64,000 bases of DNA from Zootoca vivipara. Taxonomy: Eukaryota. Every line of letters begins with the position of its first letter. Positions within the stretch are counted from its first letter, which is position 1. This document shows positions 47,227 to 60,060 of this stretch, piece after piece. The stretch is taken from positions 18,600,001 through 18,664,000 of the forward strand of contig NC_083276.1 of NCBI RefSeq assembly GCF_963506605.1, in the 5' to 3' direction. A model generated the notes under the pieces. The model saw only the letters and a program-made list of their open reading frames with translations, was not told the origin of the DNA and did no database searches. Made by a program: the position numbers and the translations under genes.

Positions 47227-49379
47227 AAATACATTCCAGCTTCAAGTGAGGAGGGAGGTGCCTCAGGTTAGCCCCCTATCTTTGCATGAACCCCAACCTC
47301 TAAAATGAATACTTTCCATGTATGCTCCTGTACTGTAATATTGGCAATAACAATGTAATTTCATGTAGAATGGTCTCACAGCAGATCCACAGCCAGGGAC
47401 CTGCAGCTGTATACATAGGTGTTCACACACAAAAAGTTCTTTATTTGCTGTTGTTGCAGCACCCCTTACCTCCCAGCTGCTCGTCTTATGTCTTCAGAGA
47501 CCAATAAAAATACCCCACAACTGTTTAGAAATCTGAGTTGCATGTAGGGCAGGGAGAAAAGAGGTGTTTGGCTAACGGCAATGAATCCTCAATATATATT
47601 TGCAAGCGTGTAAGTCCCTCTGTGAGAAACTGATGCTCCAGTGCGGGAAATACATTTTTGGGTAAAGCAAGGGCTGTTTGGACAGTGGTGCCTTAGCAGG
47701 TAAAGAAGGAGCGTAGGTGATTCTTGCATTGGTTGTTCTCGCTGATATTCCATTGTCTAAATCACTTTAAAAACACAGAGATCTCTCCCCTTGCCTGCTG
47801 TCAGATCTGATCTGTGTATTCCAAGACTTTTCAGGACACAAATATGACTGCAAATGAGATCCATGTGCCAGTTAAGTAGAGTGCAGTCAGTTCTCCATTC
47901 TGCTACTCCTATCACCCTTATATCCAAACTTGCTCAAAAATGAGCAAATCAGCTTCACATCCAACAGTGAAAGTAAAACAAAGGGAAATGAATTGGGGCA
48001 ATTTAATATTCCTAAAGGGGACACAGAAGGCAAGGTCCAGAAACAACTAATGTTTCTCAGTACAAAAAAAGATAAAGAAGCATACAAGCACTCATGCAGC
48101 TTTAACTAGGGAGTAGTAGGCAAACATCTCTAGTATCTAGTAAGAGCTGGAACAGTCTCCCTTGGAAGGCTGTGGACTCTCCTTCCTTGGAGGTTTTTAA
48201 GGGAAGGTTGGGTGGCCATCTGTCATGGATGCTTTAGCTGAGATTCCTGCATTGCAGGGGCTTGGACTAGATGACCCTTGGAATCTCTTCCAACTCTACA
48301 ATTCTACGATCTCAGCTATTTATTATGTTTTTATATGTGCTGTAAGCTACCCAGAGTGGCTGGGGAAACCCAGCCAGATGGGTNNNNNNNNNNNNNNNNN
48401 NNNNNNNNNNNNNNNNNNNNNNNNNNNNNNNNNNNNNNNNNNNNNNNNNNNNNNNNNNNNNNNNNNNNNNNNNNNNNNNNNNNNNNNNNNNNNNNNNNNN
48501 NNNNNNNNNNNNNNNNCATGCACTAGGAAAAGTAAAAACCTTGTACTTCCCACTAACAAGCTCACATATTAATAGCAAACTCATTATCCTGATGTTGGGT
48601 CCTCATGTCGCCAAAAGGACACCATCCACACAAAATTAGGATACATCAGCAGGCTTGGAGGAACTCCAAGGTGTGCAGAAGTACAAATAATAATAATAAA
48701 CTGGGGGATCTCAAATGCAGGAGCCCAGTGATGACTGACTTTGCTCAGTAGACAAGGAATGCCAACTGGCTCTTAGGAGGGAGGGAATGGAAATTCAGGG
48801 AAAAGCAAAATGGAACACAGCATCCTGGAATAAGGATGGCTGGACCTGAGAAGGAGCACCACACACTTTTATGCTGAAATTCCCACTGCAACCTCAGACA
48901 TTTGAAAAGGATACATGGGAGAAATGCCAGCCATATTTCAAGAAATTTAAAACAGGAGGTGGGGTACCAAGACCAATTCTCAACACCACATGATTGGTTT
49001 GTTACTGGGAACAGAAAATAAAGAAACTGCATCTGTGCAAAGTTGTATTACTGGAGAAACACCATGGAAAATATACATAATATGGCTGGAAACACTGAGA
49101 GATTAGCCAACAGCTTAACAGGAAAAAACAGACCAGATAGTGTGTGGGGTCTCTGACTGAAGAAGGCGCATAATGGATTAGAGGCCTTGAACACTGAGGG
49201 CCCAATTCAGCCTTGAAAAACGGAATGGCGCTGAAAGAATGTGCGCTCAGTGGCATAGAAATGGAACACTTGCAAGTTAACACTTCAGTGCCGGGCCAAC
49301 TGGATGCTAGCCGCTGCTGAGAAAGCTACATGCCTATGTTTCGCAGCCCAAACAACTTCGCTCCACACACTTTTCTTCC

Positions 49380-49756
49380 AGTTAGGCTCCAATTCAAAGT
49401 GTTGGTGCTAACCTTTAAAGCCCTAAACGGCTTCGGGCCAGTATACCTGAAGGAGCGTCTCCACCCCCATCGTTCAGCCCCGGACACTGAGGTCCAGCGT
49501 CCTGCTGGCGGTTCCCTCACTGCGAGAAGTGAGGTTACAGGGAACCAGACAGAGGGCCTTTGCAGCAGTAGCGCCCTCCCTGTGGAACACCCTCCCATCA
49601 GATGTCAAGGAAATATACAACTATCTGACTTTTAGAAGACATCTGAAGGCAACCCTGTTTAAGGAAGTTTTTAATGTTTGATGTTATTAATATTCTGTTG
49701 GGAGCCACTCAGAATGGCTGGGGAAACCCTGCCAGATGGGCAGGCTATAAATAATA

Positions 49757-49810
<54 letters not shown>
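49380..49810 (+). mobile_element. L2 LINE 3' fragment
   Basis: QFKVLVLTFKALNGFGPVYLKERL with a (TTA)n tail. Confidence 0.88.
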
Positions 49811-49812
<2 letters not shown>

Positions 49813-50583
49813 CACCAACAGGGATCCACTGCAGAAAAGGCCCATTCTCATGTTGCCACCCTATGGAGGAGGCACACGAGGAAGGACCTCAGACAATCAT
49901 TGCAGAGTCTGGGTCAGTTGATATGGGGACTGAGGAATTCCATTCCTCTGAAGTACCTCCGCCACCCCAAAAATAACCATGCAGAAAGTTTTTGAAAGCT
50001 TTTTTAAAAAATCCACTTCTCTGATTCCCCCCTCCCCCAAGTAAGCTAAACAATCAACAACTTAATTATAACAGCTTCATGTTTAACAGGTTTAACAGGT
50101 GACAGATTCATTTTAAAGCTGGGTTTCCCTCTTAACACGTTTCCACATGTTAACAAAAGCTCAAAATAAAAAAAAAATAAAAGTTCCAAACAATTTTTTT
50201 TTTAAAAAAAACAAACATACACAAAAACCAAGCAATGGATTTCATCCATCCCAGAGCAGGCCATACCAGGCTAGATAAGCATAACAGACTGGGTGGAAGT
50301 CGAGTCCTTTGAGTTATGCATACACCATGCATCTTCACTTGGAAATAGCATCACCTGCACCGATGCCTGTCTCTTAAGGACAGGCTCAGCGGCGGAAGGT
50401 GTGTGGGCTCCAACATCTAACCTCTGGCATTTCTTGCTAAACAGATATTGGGTGGCAGGGGCTGGCAAATCTTGCTTTCAAAAGTTCTGCTGGTCTGCTG
50501 GTAAGCTACCAATTATGCCGAAGCACCACCAAGGTTCTTTTTCAGTCTATCTGGATAACTCCCTTTTCTTAAAGTAGCTCCAC

Positions 50584-50672
50584 TCACTGTTGAATACGGC
50601 GGCTGCGGCGGCTGCTGCTAGCCTCTGGCTGTAACCTGCTGTGACGAATTGGTCCTGGGGAGCGAGCACTTC
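50584..50672 (-). CDS. VRK1: Candidate alternative VRK1 exon
   Basis: Long pyrimidine tract + cag acceptor, in frame with the 112-nt exon: RSARSPGPIRHSRLQPEASSSRRSRRIQQ*. A gtgagt donor overlaps the stop at 50587. Confidence 0.6.
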
Positions 50673-50947
50673 CTGACAGTGAATTGGACAAGATAGGGGA
50701 GGATGAAAATGAGAACAGAGAGGAAAATAAAAGGCGGGGAAAGGGGCTAGGGACTACAACCAACCACAACCATCCGCTTTATATGTTGGGCCAAAAGCAT
50801 ATTTCGCATTTGCTGCAGATAAGACAGCTGACAACCTTACATTCTCCAGGTTGCCTAGTATAAAAGAGTAGCATTTATTGCAAAACTTGATTTTTTTTAT
50901 TTTTAGCAAAATGAAAAATCTATGACAAATACCAACGGGGTACTTAC

Positions 50948-51059
50948 TAGAGGTAGCACGTCTTCTTCTTTTGATGTTTTTCGCATCTTCTACAGCTGTT
51001 TCGTTGTTGTCTTCATCAGTAGAGGCCGGCTCTGAGGCAGCAACTGGTTTTCTTTTCGT
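50948..51059 (-). CDS. VRK1: VRK1 penultimate exon (112 nt)
   Basis: T-rich tract + tag acceptor and gtaagt donor. Phase 0 in, phase 1 out. Encodes TKRKPVAASEPASTDEDNNETAVEDAKNIKRRRRATS, a basic-acidic-basic tail typical of VRK1. Confidence 0.85.
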
Positions 51060-53682
51060 CTATCCCCGAACAAAACAAAACAACAAAGCCGCACTTTATA
51101 CAAAGCAGAAAAGTGCATGCAGACAAGTTAAATCACAAAATGATAGTGCACTGTAGTAAACTGTTTGGCATTTTCTCCATCTTTGCCCTTGTGTGAGTAA
51201 CCAGATCAAAAGCCCATAAGAGGAATAGTATTTTGTCATAATTAACACACCATGGTTTTCATTCCCTTATTTTGAAAGGTTTTTGTTTTTGTTTAAATGA
51301 GGTTCCTATGCAAACCCATAGTCTGTTGGAGAACAAGGTTATAGTTGCAATCATGAGGTATAATACATCAAATGCTGGATCATTAAAATGCATGTGGATT
51401 GCATTCAGAGACAAGGGCATTCCCCCAGCCACAGACTAGAAAATGAACTTTGTGTGATTCCTTAGTAACTGTGCCCAAATATTTATTTTAAAGTTTCTTG
51501 TCTTTGAGATCACAGGGAACAAACTACACATTTTTTTTACAATATGTGGACAGCATCAGCTAGGAATGCACAAGAAATTTGATTTTTGCAAATTGCTATA
51601 CAAAATGAGCAGATCTGCACCTCTCGGACCAATACAGTATGTGCAATGGAACTTTGCTATGCACCTGATTTCACATTTCTCCAATTAGTTCTTGGTTAAT
51701 TCAAAGTATGTGTTAAGGACACATTTTGAGAGAAAATGCATACATTTAATATTTTTAAGGATTTCTTTCTTTTTTTCTTTTTAAATGCAAATTAATGCAG
51801 AAAGAGAACTTAATCATGTGGGGAACATGTTCAAGTGACACGGATCAGAGACAGATTCCCTCCTTCCTCATCATGGGAACTGAGCCTGAAAAAAATGTCT
51901 CTCCTTTATCTCTGCAGCCCCCACCCCACCCCCGTGCCACATCACCCTATGGGAAGACCTGGTTCTCAACCAAAGATACATCAGGTTAGACATATTCTAA
52001 AAACAACAGAGCATGGAAAATATTTTAAAATAAATCGGGTATCTCTCTTTTCCCAATCTTTTTGCAATGAATGTCGACAAGCCAGTACGTTTTGCCAGAC
52101 ACACAAACACATCTTCGCCCATAAGCATAAAAATAACTGCGAAAGTTCAGCCTGCTTTTGGGGGGGTAAGTTTGACAAACGTGTAGCTTTACTGAAATAG
52201 CTGCTGAAGTGGTTGCAACCTCACATAGCTGATGAGAGAAGGGGAGAGTGCATTACATCTTTCCAAAGTGTTGCTTNNNNNNNNNNNNNNNNNNNNNNNN
52301 NNNNNNNNNNNNNNNNNNNNNNNNNNNNNNNNNNNNNNNNNNNNNNNNNNNNNNNNNNNNNNNNNNNNNNNNNNNNNNNNNNNNNNNNNNNNNNNNNNNN
52401 NNNNNNNNNNNNNNNNNNNNNNNNNNNNNNNNNNNNNNNNNNNNNNNNNNNNNNNNNNNNNNNNNNNNNNNNNNNNNNNNNNNNNNNNNNNNNNNNNNNN
52501 NNNNNNNNNNNNNNNNNNNNNNNNNNNNCACTTTTGTTCGTTCTGACCAAAATTAAGGAGGAATATTTCACCACTGTATTGCTTTTATATTCAGGATATA
52601 AACGCATTCCTCCTGGTTGCACCGAGGAGAGATTTTTAAAAGGCTCATTGCGGAAACAGATATCCAATACTTCCCACACAAAAAGCAAAAGGACATTTAT
52701 CTTGTTTCCAAGCTTATTCAATAAAAAAGGGATTTCTTAATCTCGATGCAGGTGAGTTACATGGCAAGAGAAGTCAGGCATCATTCTCTGACAGAGGCAA
52801 CACCCATGTTTGATGCAGAGCGCAAGGCAAACTATGAATCACTAATTCATATTTATTTCACTTCAAATGTTTCCTAACAGTTATCGAGTGCCATCAATGG
52901 GCCCATCACTGAGGATAAGACATGCCCCACGGCTTGAGTAGTTTACAGGAACAATAATGGATGCTTTCACTGCACCACAATGAGGATAACTTCTCTTTCA
53001 GCAGGAGCTAACGGAACCCATGCAAATATTAAAGTAACATCATCCATTACATATGAAAGTGAATTAGATTCAAGCCAAGTTGGGAACAATGTCTCATTAA
53101 TAAATCGCAGAACTAGAATCATTTTAAAATTTATAGTAGAGGAGAAAATGTAGATCTCTTAGCGCGAAAGAATTTCAATTAAGGTAGGCAGCAGATGTTT
53201 CACAATACTGGCCATTCTGATATGTCATATATACCCTAGCACAAACTGGATTAAAGTTCACCCAACAGTTTAACATTTGAGAAGCCTACCATGCTATATG
53301 TATACTTACTCAGGATGCATGTCCCACTGTGATCAGTGGAGCTTACTCCCTAGTAAGTGTGTTTAGGATGCAAATTATGAAATAGCAGAAGAGGAGTCTA
53401 CACATATAAATATAGTTCTCGAATGAATTTCGTTTTTAGGAAGGGAGAACAACAGCTCATCTCAGAGTTGTCTGAGGTCCAATTAATACGCAAGACTGTC
53501 TCATCTTCTAACCAAAGTTAGATTGAAAGTGCTTATTAACTTTATTAACTTCACACACTCCTCCCTCTTCCAATCTAGCAATAGGTCCAACTTTGGGTTT
53601 GGAGCCAACTATGCTTAGCATAAAACAGTGCCATGCAAGGAAGCCTGAGCTGATACTTTTAGAAGCCACTTTGACACTCAGG

Positions 53683-54188
53683 TAAAGGTAAAGGGACCCC
53701 TGACTGTTAGGTCCAGTCACGGACAACTCTGGGGTTGCGGCGCTCATCTCGCTTTACTGGCCGAGGGAACCAGCGTACAGCTTCCGGGTCATGTGGCCAG
53801 CATAACTAAGCCGCTTCTGTTGAATCTGAGCAGCGCACGGAAACACCGTTTACCTTCTACCGTTTACCTTCGGTCTATGAACACAATTGGTTCCGGAAGT
53901 CTGTTCATAAACTGAAGCGTTCATAAACTGAAGCGAACTTTCGCATTGAAAGTAATGGAAATCCATTCCAGATGGGTCCGCGGCGTTCGTAAACCGAAAA
54001 TTAGTAAACCGAGGTGTTCATAAACCAAGGTTCCACTGTACTTGCACTTTGTGCTTTTAAACTGCTAGGTTGGCAGGAGCAGGGACCGAGCAACGGGAGC
54101 TCACCCCATCGCAGGGATTCGAACTGCAGACCTTCTGACCGGCAAGCCCTAGGGTCTGTGGTTTAACCCACAGTGCCACCCGCATTCC
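53683..54188 (-). mobile_element. Sauria SINE with nested MITE (about 53871-54038)
   Basis: 12-bp TSD TTGACACTCAGG (53671-53682, 54189-54200). The insert ends in GGTTCCACTG-TA. Confidence 0.9.
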
Positions 54189-57100
54189 TTGACACTCAGG
54201 ATTTGCATGCAATTTGACACCATGTTGAGGAGGCATACAAAGTACTATTTGGTCCAACTGAATTGGATCAATTTTAATTACTACAGCCCACGAATGTCCT
54301 TGCAGGAGAGTCTGAGTGACCACTCGTGGCTCATCAGGGGGATTGATGGGACAAGAGGGATTAACATCAAGACTTTGGAACCTTAGCATTATGCGATGTT
54401 AGCTGCTTCCAAACACTTTCTCCTCTATTCCAAAAAATTAACCAAAGTCATGCATTACCTAAGATTCCTGCATTGCAGAGGGTTGGACTAGTTGACTCTC
54501 AGGGTCCCTTCCAACTCTATAATTCTTTGATTGCTGTTTTTTAAAAGTGCTGTTAGATTTATCAATCCTTCCTTCCCCTGACGCGTATAACACTCTGTCT
54601 CTTCTGAAAAGTAGTATTATAACAATAAGCAAAGTGTATTTTTCCACCTATAAATGCTGTTTGACTTGATAATGACAAGTGTTTACCAGAAGTACCTCAT
54701 AATTCAGAATACCATGATCATTTCTTCAGCTTAACTGAAAGTTATTTTTTACCAGTCAGAAACAGGACAAAACGCTTCTACTTTTGAATTTTTCTTCTAG
54801 GAAACTAAGCTTCTGAGAGTTTATCCATGCTTATCTTTTGCCCTGCTCTTTCCAGCCACACGTCCACACTTTAAAGCTCCCTGTCCAAGCACCCTTTTTC
54901 TTTGCTCCGGATCTTCCCCCATGAAAACCCACTATTTAAAGCTGAATTGGAACAAATGTTAATTCAGGTTTTTGTGGGGAGGGCTCAAGAGCAAAAGAAA
55001 AAAGAAAAAAAAGTGGGGATGCTCAGACATGAAGTTATAAATGGAGACTGTGCCTGGAAAGAGCAGAGAAATGGTGAGTCCCATTCCCCCAGAATGGGAA
55101 GTGTAAAAATCAGTGCTGAGCTACGAACAAAATCTTTATCAAGCTGCACTTTGAAATCCAGTCGAAACAACTGCTAAATGCTGAAAGTCCCTTCATACAC
55201 TGTCCTTTACAAGGATCATGCCGTTCCCACACACCAATCATAAGTAAACTAATGAATCAATTATGAAATGGCTAACACAGCCTGCAGGCATAATACTGTG
55301 CTCATGTGATCAGCAGGCTCTTTTAGAATATGAGTTTTCACTCGGAAAAAGAGGTTCTAGTTCTTGGGATGGCAAGGCTACATGCTAAGATGTTGATCCT
55401 ATTAATTCTCAAAAAGGAGAGCAAGGAAAGAAAAGGTGCAAAGCAAACTATGACCAACTTTTTATTTATAGCTACGACTCTTATTTTTGTAAGTTGGCAA
55501 CCTGGCAAAGCGTTAATGGAAAGTATTTTTAGCCTAACTTGTTGCATCCTGTTGGTTCTTAACCTCTGAAATGGCATTCTTCTAGATAAGCTATCTGAGT
55601 CTGGGACAAATTTATGGAGATGTAAGGTTAATAGTCATGATGGCTGTGTTCTACCTCCAGCACTATTAACTGGGACTGAGAGCTGTGATCACATTATAAC
55701 TGTACTTTGCCAGCTACACAGTGGTGTCTTCCTGTTTTAGTTTTAATGTCATATGACCTTTTCGATGGCCATCTTGGGAATTTGATGATCTGCACGGTAC
55801 AAATCTCTAAAAATGAACAAATATTCATCAGCTCTTCAAGAGATTATCTCTATTTTTTAACCCAGTGCTGCTGTGAAGCATGGCACATCTATTCTAAAAA
55901 GAGTTAGGAAGAAAAAAAAGTTTTGGATTTGTTTATATATTTATTGTCATTCATTTATTCATTACATTTACATCCTGCATTTTCGAGAGTTTTTCCTCCT
56001 CCCCTATTTTTCATCTTCACAACAATCGTGTGAGGTGGGTTAGGCTGGAAGACAGTCACTGGCTCAACATCTGAACCCTGATCGTTAAAATCCTAGTTCA
56101 AAACTAACCATTATACTATGAATGGTCGTAGTCCAAAACTAACAGCTAGACTATGAATCCATTCAACTACATTATGTACAATTCTCCCACCCGCTTACAG
56201 ATACGTTAGCATACCAAACAAGTGAATGCTGATTGGATTCACGATTCCCACCAAGCTAAATGCCAAGATAAACCAATTGAACACTTCTAGAGAGAGTAGA
56301 GCTGAGTGCATTAATATATTAATTGGTTCAATTAACTAAAGTGTGGCTTTTTTACCTGAATTGTAAATCAGAGCACTTCCCTTTCAAAGATCCTCAGCAC
56401 TGAGAACGCTTTTTAAATCTATATACAGCTCTCGATTCAGACAAGGCATTTGAAGATTATCTTTCAGAATACAATTTCCCGGTTTAGGGAAAGGAAAAGC
56501 AAACTTACAAATACCATATGGCCATCACCTGTATTTAAAGTCAACTTAGAGGGAAAGATCAACAACATGATCCCAAAGATATTTACTTGGAAGCAAGACC
56601 AATTATTTCAGTGCAACTTATAGCTTCAATTAACTAAACATCAATAGGCTAACAACCTGAATCATAGACGAAAATCAATTGCCAGGGTGGGGGTTGAGGG
56701 GGATGGAAAGAGAGTCACCAGCTAAGATTAATTCTTGTTTGACTGAGGCTTTATTCTCCAACTGCCTGTTTCAACGCAAGAGCAATCACATCAATTTACA
56801 CTGAAAGAGACTCAAAAAGTGATGGGTCCCAGATATTTATTTAGGTAGATTTATATCCCGCCCTTCCGTTGCAGGAAAATGATAGTATCAGATGAAACGG
56901 ATCTTACAGCACTGCTACGAGATGGTCTATGCACAACTGCTGCGCTAGTGCAGCAAAACATCCAGTGCAGTAAGTCAGGCCCATGGAAATCCAAATGCAG
57001 TATTTGCTTTCAACATTTTAATGCATTTCATAGAGATGTGCTAGTGTATAGCTTCTGCTATTGTTTGGCTCAGGCAACAGAAGCCAATTGATTGCCTGTC

Positions 57101-57463
57101 CTTAGCAATATTCCCTTGAAGTCTCTGGAATAATGATTTCTTGTTCCGGAACATACGTTATGTGAACAGAATGGAAAGATAACAGCTTCTTCTCTAAACT
57201 ATCCATTTTTTTAGTCCACTTCAAATTTCACTCCTCTTTGTTAAAATATGGTTTGACTGAAAGATTAAGAAACTCTAGCTTTAAAAAGCTTTTAAACATA
57301 TGTTTAAAAGCTTTTAAACATATAGGCTACACCAGTCAACATGTCAAGCACGATCTATTAATTTCAAGTATACTAATGAACATTGTAGACAGTGCTTCCC
57401 GGTGACAAGACTTCAACATACAATACTGTTAATTCCACAATTACTGCTATGACTATTCCTATG

Positions 57464-57883
57464 CAGTGGTACCTCGGTTTAAGTACACAATTGGTTCCGG
57501 AAGTCTGTACTTAACCTGGAGCGTACTTAACCTGAAGCGGACTTTCCAATTGAAAGTAATGGAAAGTGGATTAATCCGTTCCAGACGGGTCCACGGAGTA
57601 CTTAAACTGAAAGTACTCAAACTGAAGCGTACTTAAACCGAGGTATGACTGTACAGTGGTACCTCGACTTACGAAGACGATCCGTTCCACGGCCGTCTTC
57701 GTAAGTCGAGGTTTGCGGATGTCGAGGTGCACAGTTGGCACATGAGCAAAGCGCAATTTCTCACTTCTGTGCATTTGCCGACTGCGTGCGCCGGGCCTGC
57801 GCGGCGAAAAAACTTCCGGGGTTATCAACTTCGGAAGTTGAAACCTTCGGAAGTCAAAGCATTCAGATGTCGAGGTATGACTG
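57464..57883. mobile_element. Two abutting Tigger-like MITEs (57464-57651, 57654-57883)
   Basis: Each has CAGTGGTACCTCG / CGAGGTATGACTG TIRs. They share the TA at 57652-57653. Confidence 0.88.
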
Positions 57884-57933
57884 TATATATTTCAAGCTGT
57901 ATTAGCCGACAAATCAATATTGTTTTGCAGTAA

Positions 57934-58192
57934 ACCCCTGGATGGTTTAGTCCAGTCAAACCTGGCTATTGGATGTGGCGCTCATCTCGCTTCAGGCCGA
58001 AGGAGCTGATGTTTGTCCACAGACAGCTTTCAGGGTCATGTGGCCAGCATGACTAAACTGCTTCTGGTGCAATGGGACACCGTGACAGAAACCAGAGCGC
58101 ACAGAAACACCATTTACCTTCCCACTGCAGCGGTACCTGTTTATCTACTTGCGCTGGTATGCTTTCGAACTGCTAGGTTGGCAGAAGCTGGC
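57934..58192 (-). mobile_element. Sauria SINE, truncated
   Basis: GGTCATGTGGCCAGCATGACTAA core. Confidence 0.85.
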
Positions 58193-58411
58193 AGGGTGTA
58201 TGGGGTGTTAGAGGAGGAGGAGTACTTCTGGTAGCAGACACATCATGTTCCTTCTGGTGTAGGTTGTTGACTTTTGGTCCCTACCCTGCACTCAGCTCCC
58301 ACTTGTGGCTCCTAGAAGCTGTCAGCACATGACAGCAGCCACACCCTGAGAAATGGCACATCCGAACCATCTTCCTATTGGCACGTCCCATTGGTTGAAG
58401 CATTGCAGTGC

Positions 58412-58603
58412 TCAGTCTAGTACTATCACTTCATCCTTCTCTTCAGCCAGTTGCTCTGAGCACAGCCATTTGGTGCTAGTACTTTCCTTCTTATCCAGCT
58501 TCCTTTTGCGGCTCTTGCTTTCTGGGTCATCAGCATTAGGTGAAAAACCTTCCTCAGTCTCAACTATCAGTACATCACCACCTTGAGCTGTGGATGCTGA
58601 TTC
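58412..58603 (-). CDS. VRK1: Candidate alternative terminal VRK1 exon
   Basis: tacag acceptor with a weak pyrimidine tract, phase 0 matching the 179-nt exon. Gives 63 charged, protein-like residues (ESASTAQ...KSRKRKLDK...DEVIVLD*). Confidence 0.4.
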   Translation of the reverse strand, partial: ESASTAQGGDVLIVETEEGFSPNADDPESKSRKRKLDKKESTSTKWLCSEQLAEEKDEVIVLD

Positions 58604-59881
58604 CTGTATATACACAGCAGACTTCAAATAAATCTTACACTTGAATCATAAATAATGTCATTTCATGACATCTCTGTCAATACATATATTCACTGAAGGT
58701 TTTTCCTGTTTATGAATAACAAAGCAGTCAAATGTGCTTTTGCAAAGAGATGGCCTCTAAAAAGGAAAAGAAGGAACTGACCTCTCTTTCTTTCTCTGCC
58801 TCTCTCTCTCACACTCACACACTTGTAGATCGAGTTCTGTTCAGAACTACAGGCATTAAAATCAGCATTTATACAGAGTTCATACGAAAAATACTGAAAT
58901 ACACGCATTTGGTGCATCAGTGTTTTACCCATGGGATACAACTAAATAAATATCCATCATAGAAATGTATTACTATGGCAAACCCCAAATCCTACTTCTA
59001 ATCTTTTTAATTACTGTTCATGAACAGCATTGTGCTAGTACTCAGTAATTATATTCTGATCAAATAGCCTGGTTGCCCAATACCAATCTTATGGATAAAA
59101 TTCTGATAAGGAAAATATTGGATATTATATAGAAGTAGACTGAATGCTTGGTTTACATGCCATTACAGGAGTAACACATCTGGTGGTTTATCTGTAGAAC
59201 AGTCTCTCTCACTGTTCAGCTATCATGTCAATTAAAGATTTGATAGCCCAGCAGGGATGGGGAATTTGTAGCCCTCTGGTTGTTGTTGGTCTCCCCACTC
59301 TCCTCAGCCAGCCCCAAACAGGACAGTCAACATTCAGAGATCGTGAGAGCTGTAGTCAGCATTATCTGCGGGGCCACGGCTTATCCATACCTGAGCCACA
59401 CAATGACTTCCTGCATGAAAATTGTATCTGCCATGTTGAAATGCACAAAAAAAGAAAACCTTCTGGGTAGTCAAGCTCCAAAGAGCTTTTTCCTAGCTGT
59501 CACATGAGTTCCAAGGAGACTTGGGTGTATGTGTGTTTCTCCACTTCAGCCACTTACACTGTGTGAAGAGGCATTTCAACAGTGGTTTGTGATGTGGCAC
59601 AGAGGTCTCCATAAAAGAAAAGGGGGGGGGAAACCCTCCCAGTGGCACACGTGCAAGCTCTTGGGAAAGGCTAAAGTAACTCTTTGGACTCAGGCCAGTG
59701 ACAATAAGATGGAACAAGCCTTTTGCTCATGAAATATAGTCAAGTCTCAAGTGTGCATTTGTTCCCTTTCCTCTTCCAGTCTGGATTTCACCTACGTGAC
59801 ACCCATTTCCAACAGCACTCACTCGCTTTCCAGCTGAAAAGAAGAAGCATTAAATACTGATCTGAATTAAAAAATAAAGAC

Positions 59882-60060
59882 CTTAAGTGCAGGCTTTGCT
59901 GGAATGTCTCCATTCTCTGAAACATCCAAGTCCAGTATACCATCATCCTTCTGACCAATGTCCTTGAGACCCCGAAGAAGTATTTCTCGTAACTGCTCGT
60001 ATGGTGGTTTCTCAGCATAAGTCAGAGACATCACTGTTTCCATGTATTTGGCTATTTCAT
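59882..60060 (-). CDS. VRK1: VRK1 internal exon (179 nt)
   Basis: tttcag/..AAG/gtcttt boundaries. Encodes EIAKYMETVMSLTYAEKPPYEQLREILLRGLKDIGQKDDGILDLDVSENGDIPAKPALK. Confidence 0.96.

Noticed and set aside
57278-57322. AT-rich palindromic duplication (TTTAAAAGCTTTTAAACATAT twice)
   Set aside because: A local slippage or fold-back duplication with no sign of function. The short duplications at 11952-12027 and 40878-40915 were treated the same way.
59790-59835. Possible VRK1 micro-exon (ttttcag...gtgagt)
   Set aside because: The implied intron from the 59881 donor is under 50 nt, too short for normal vertebrate splicing.
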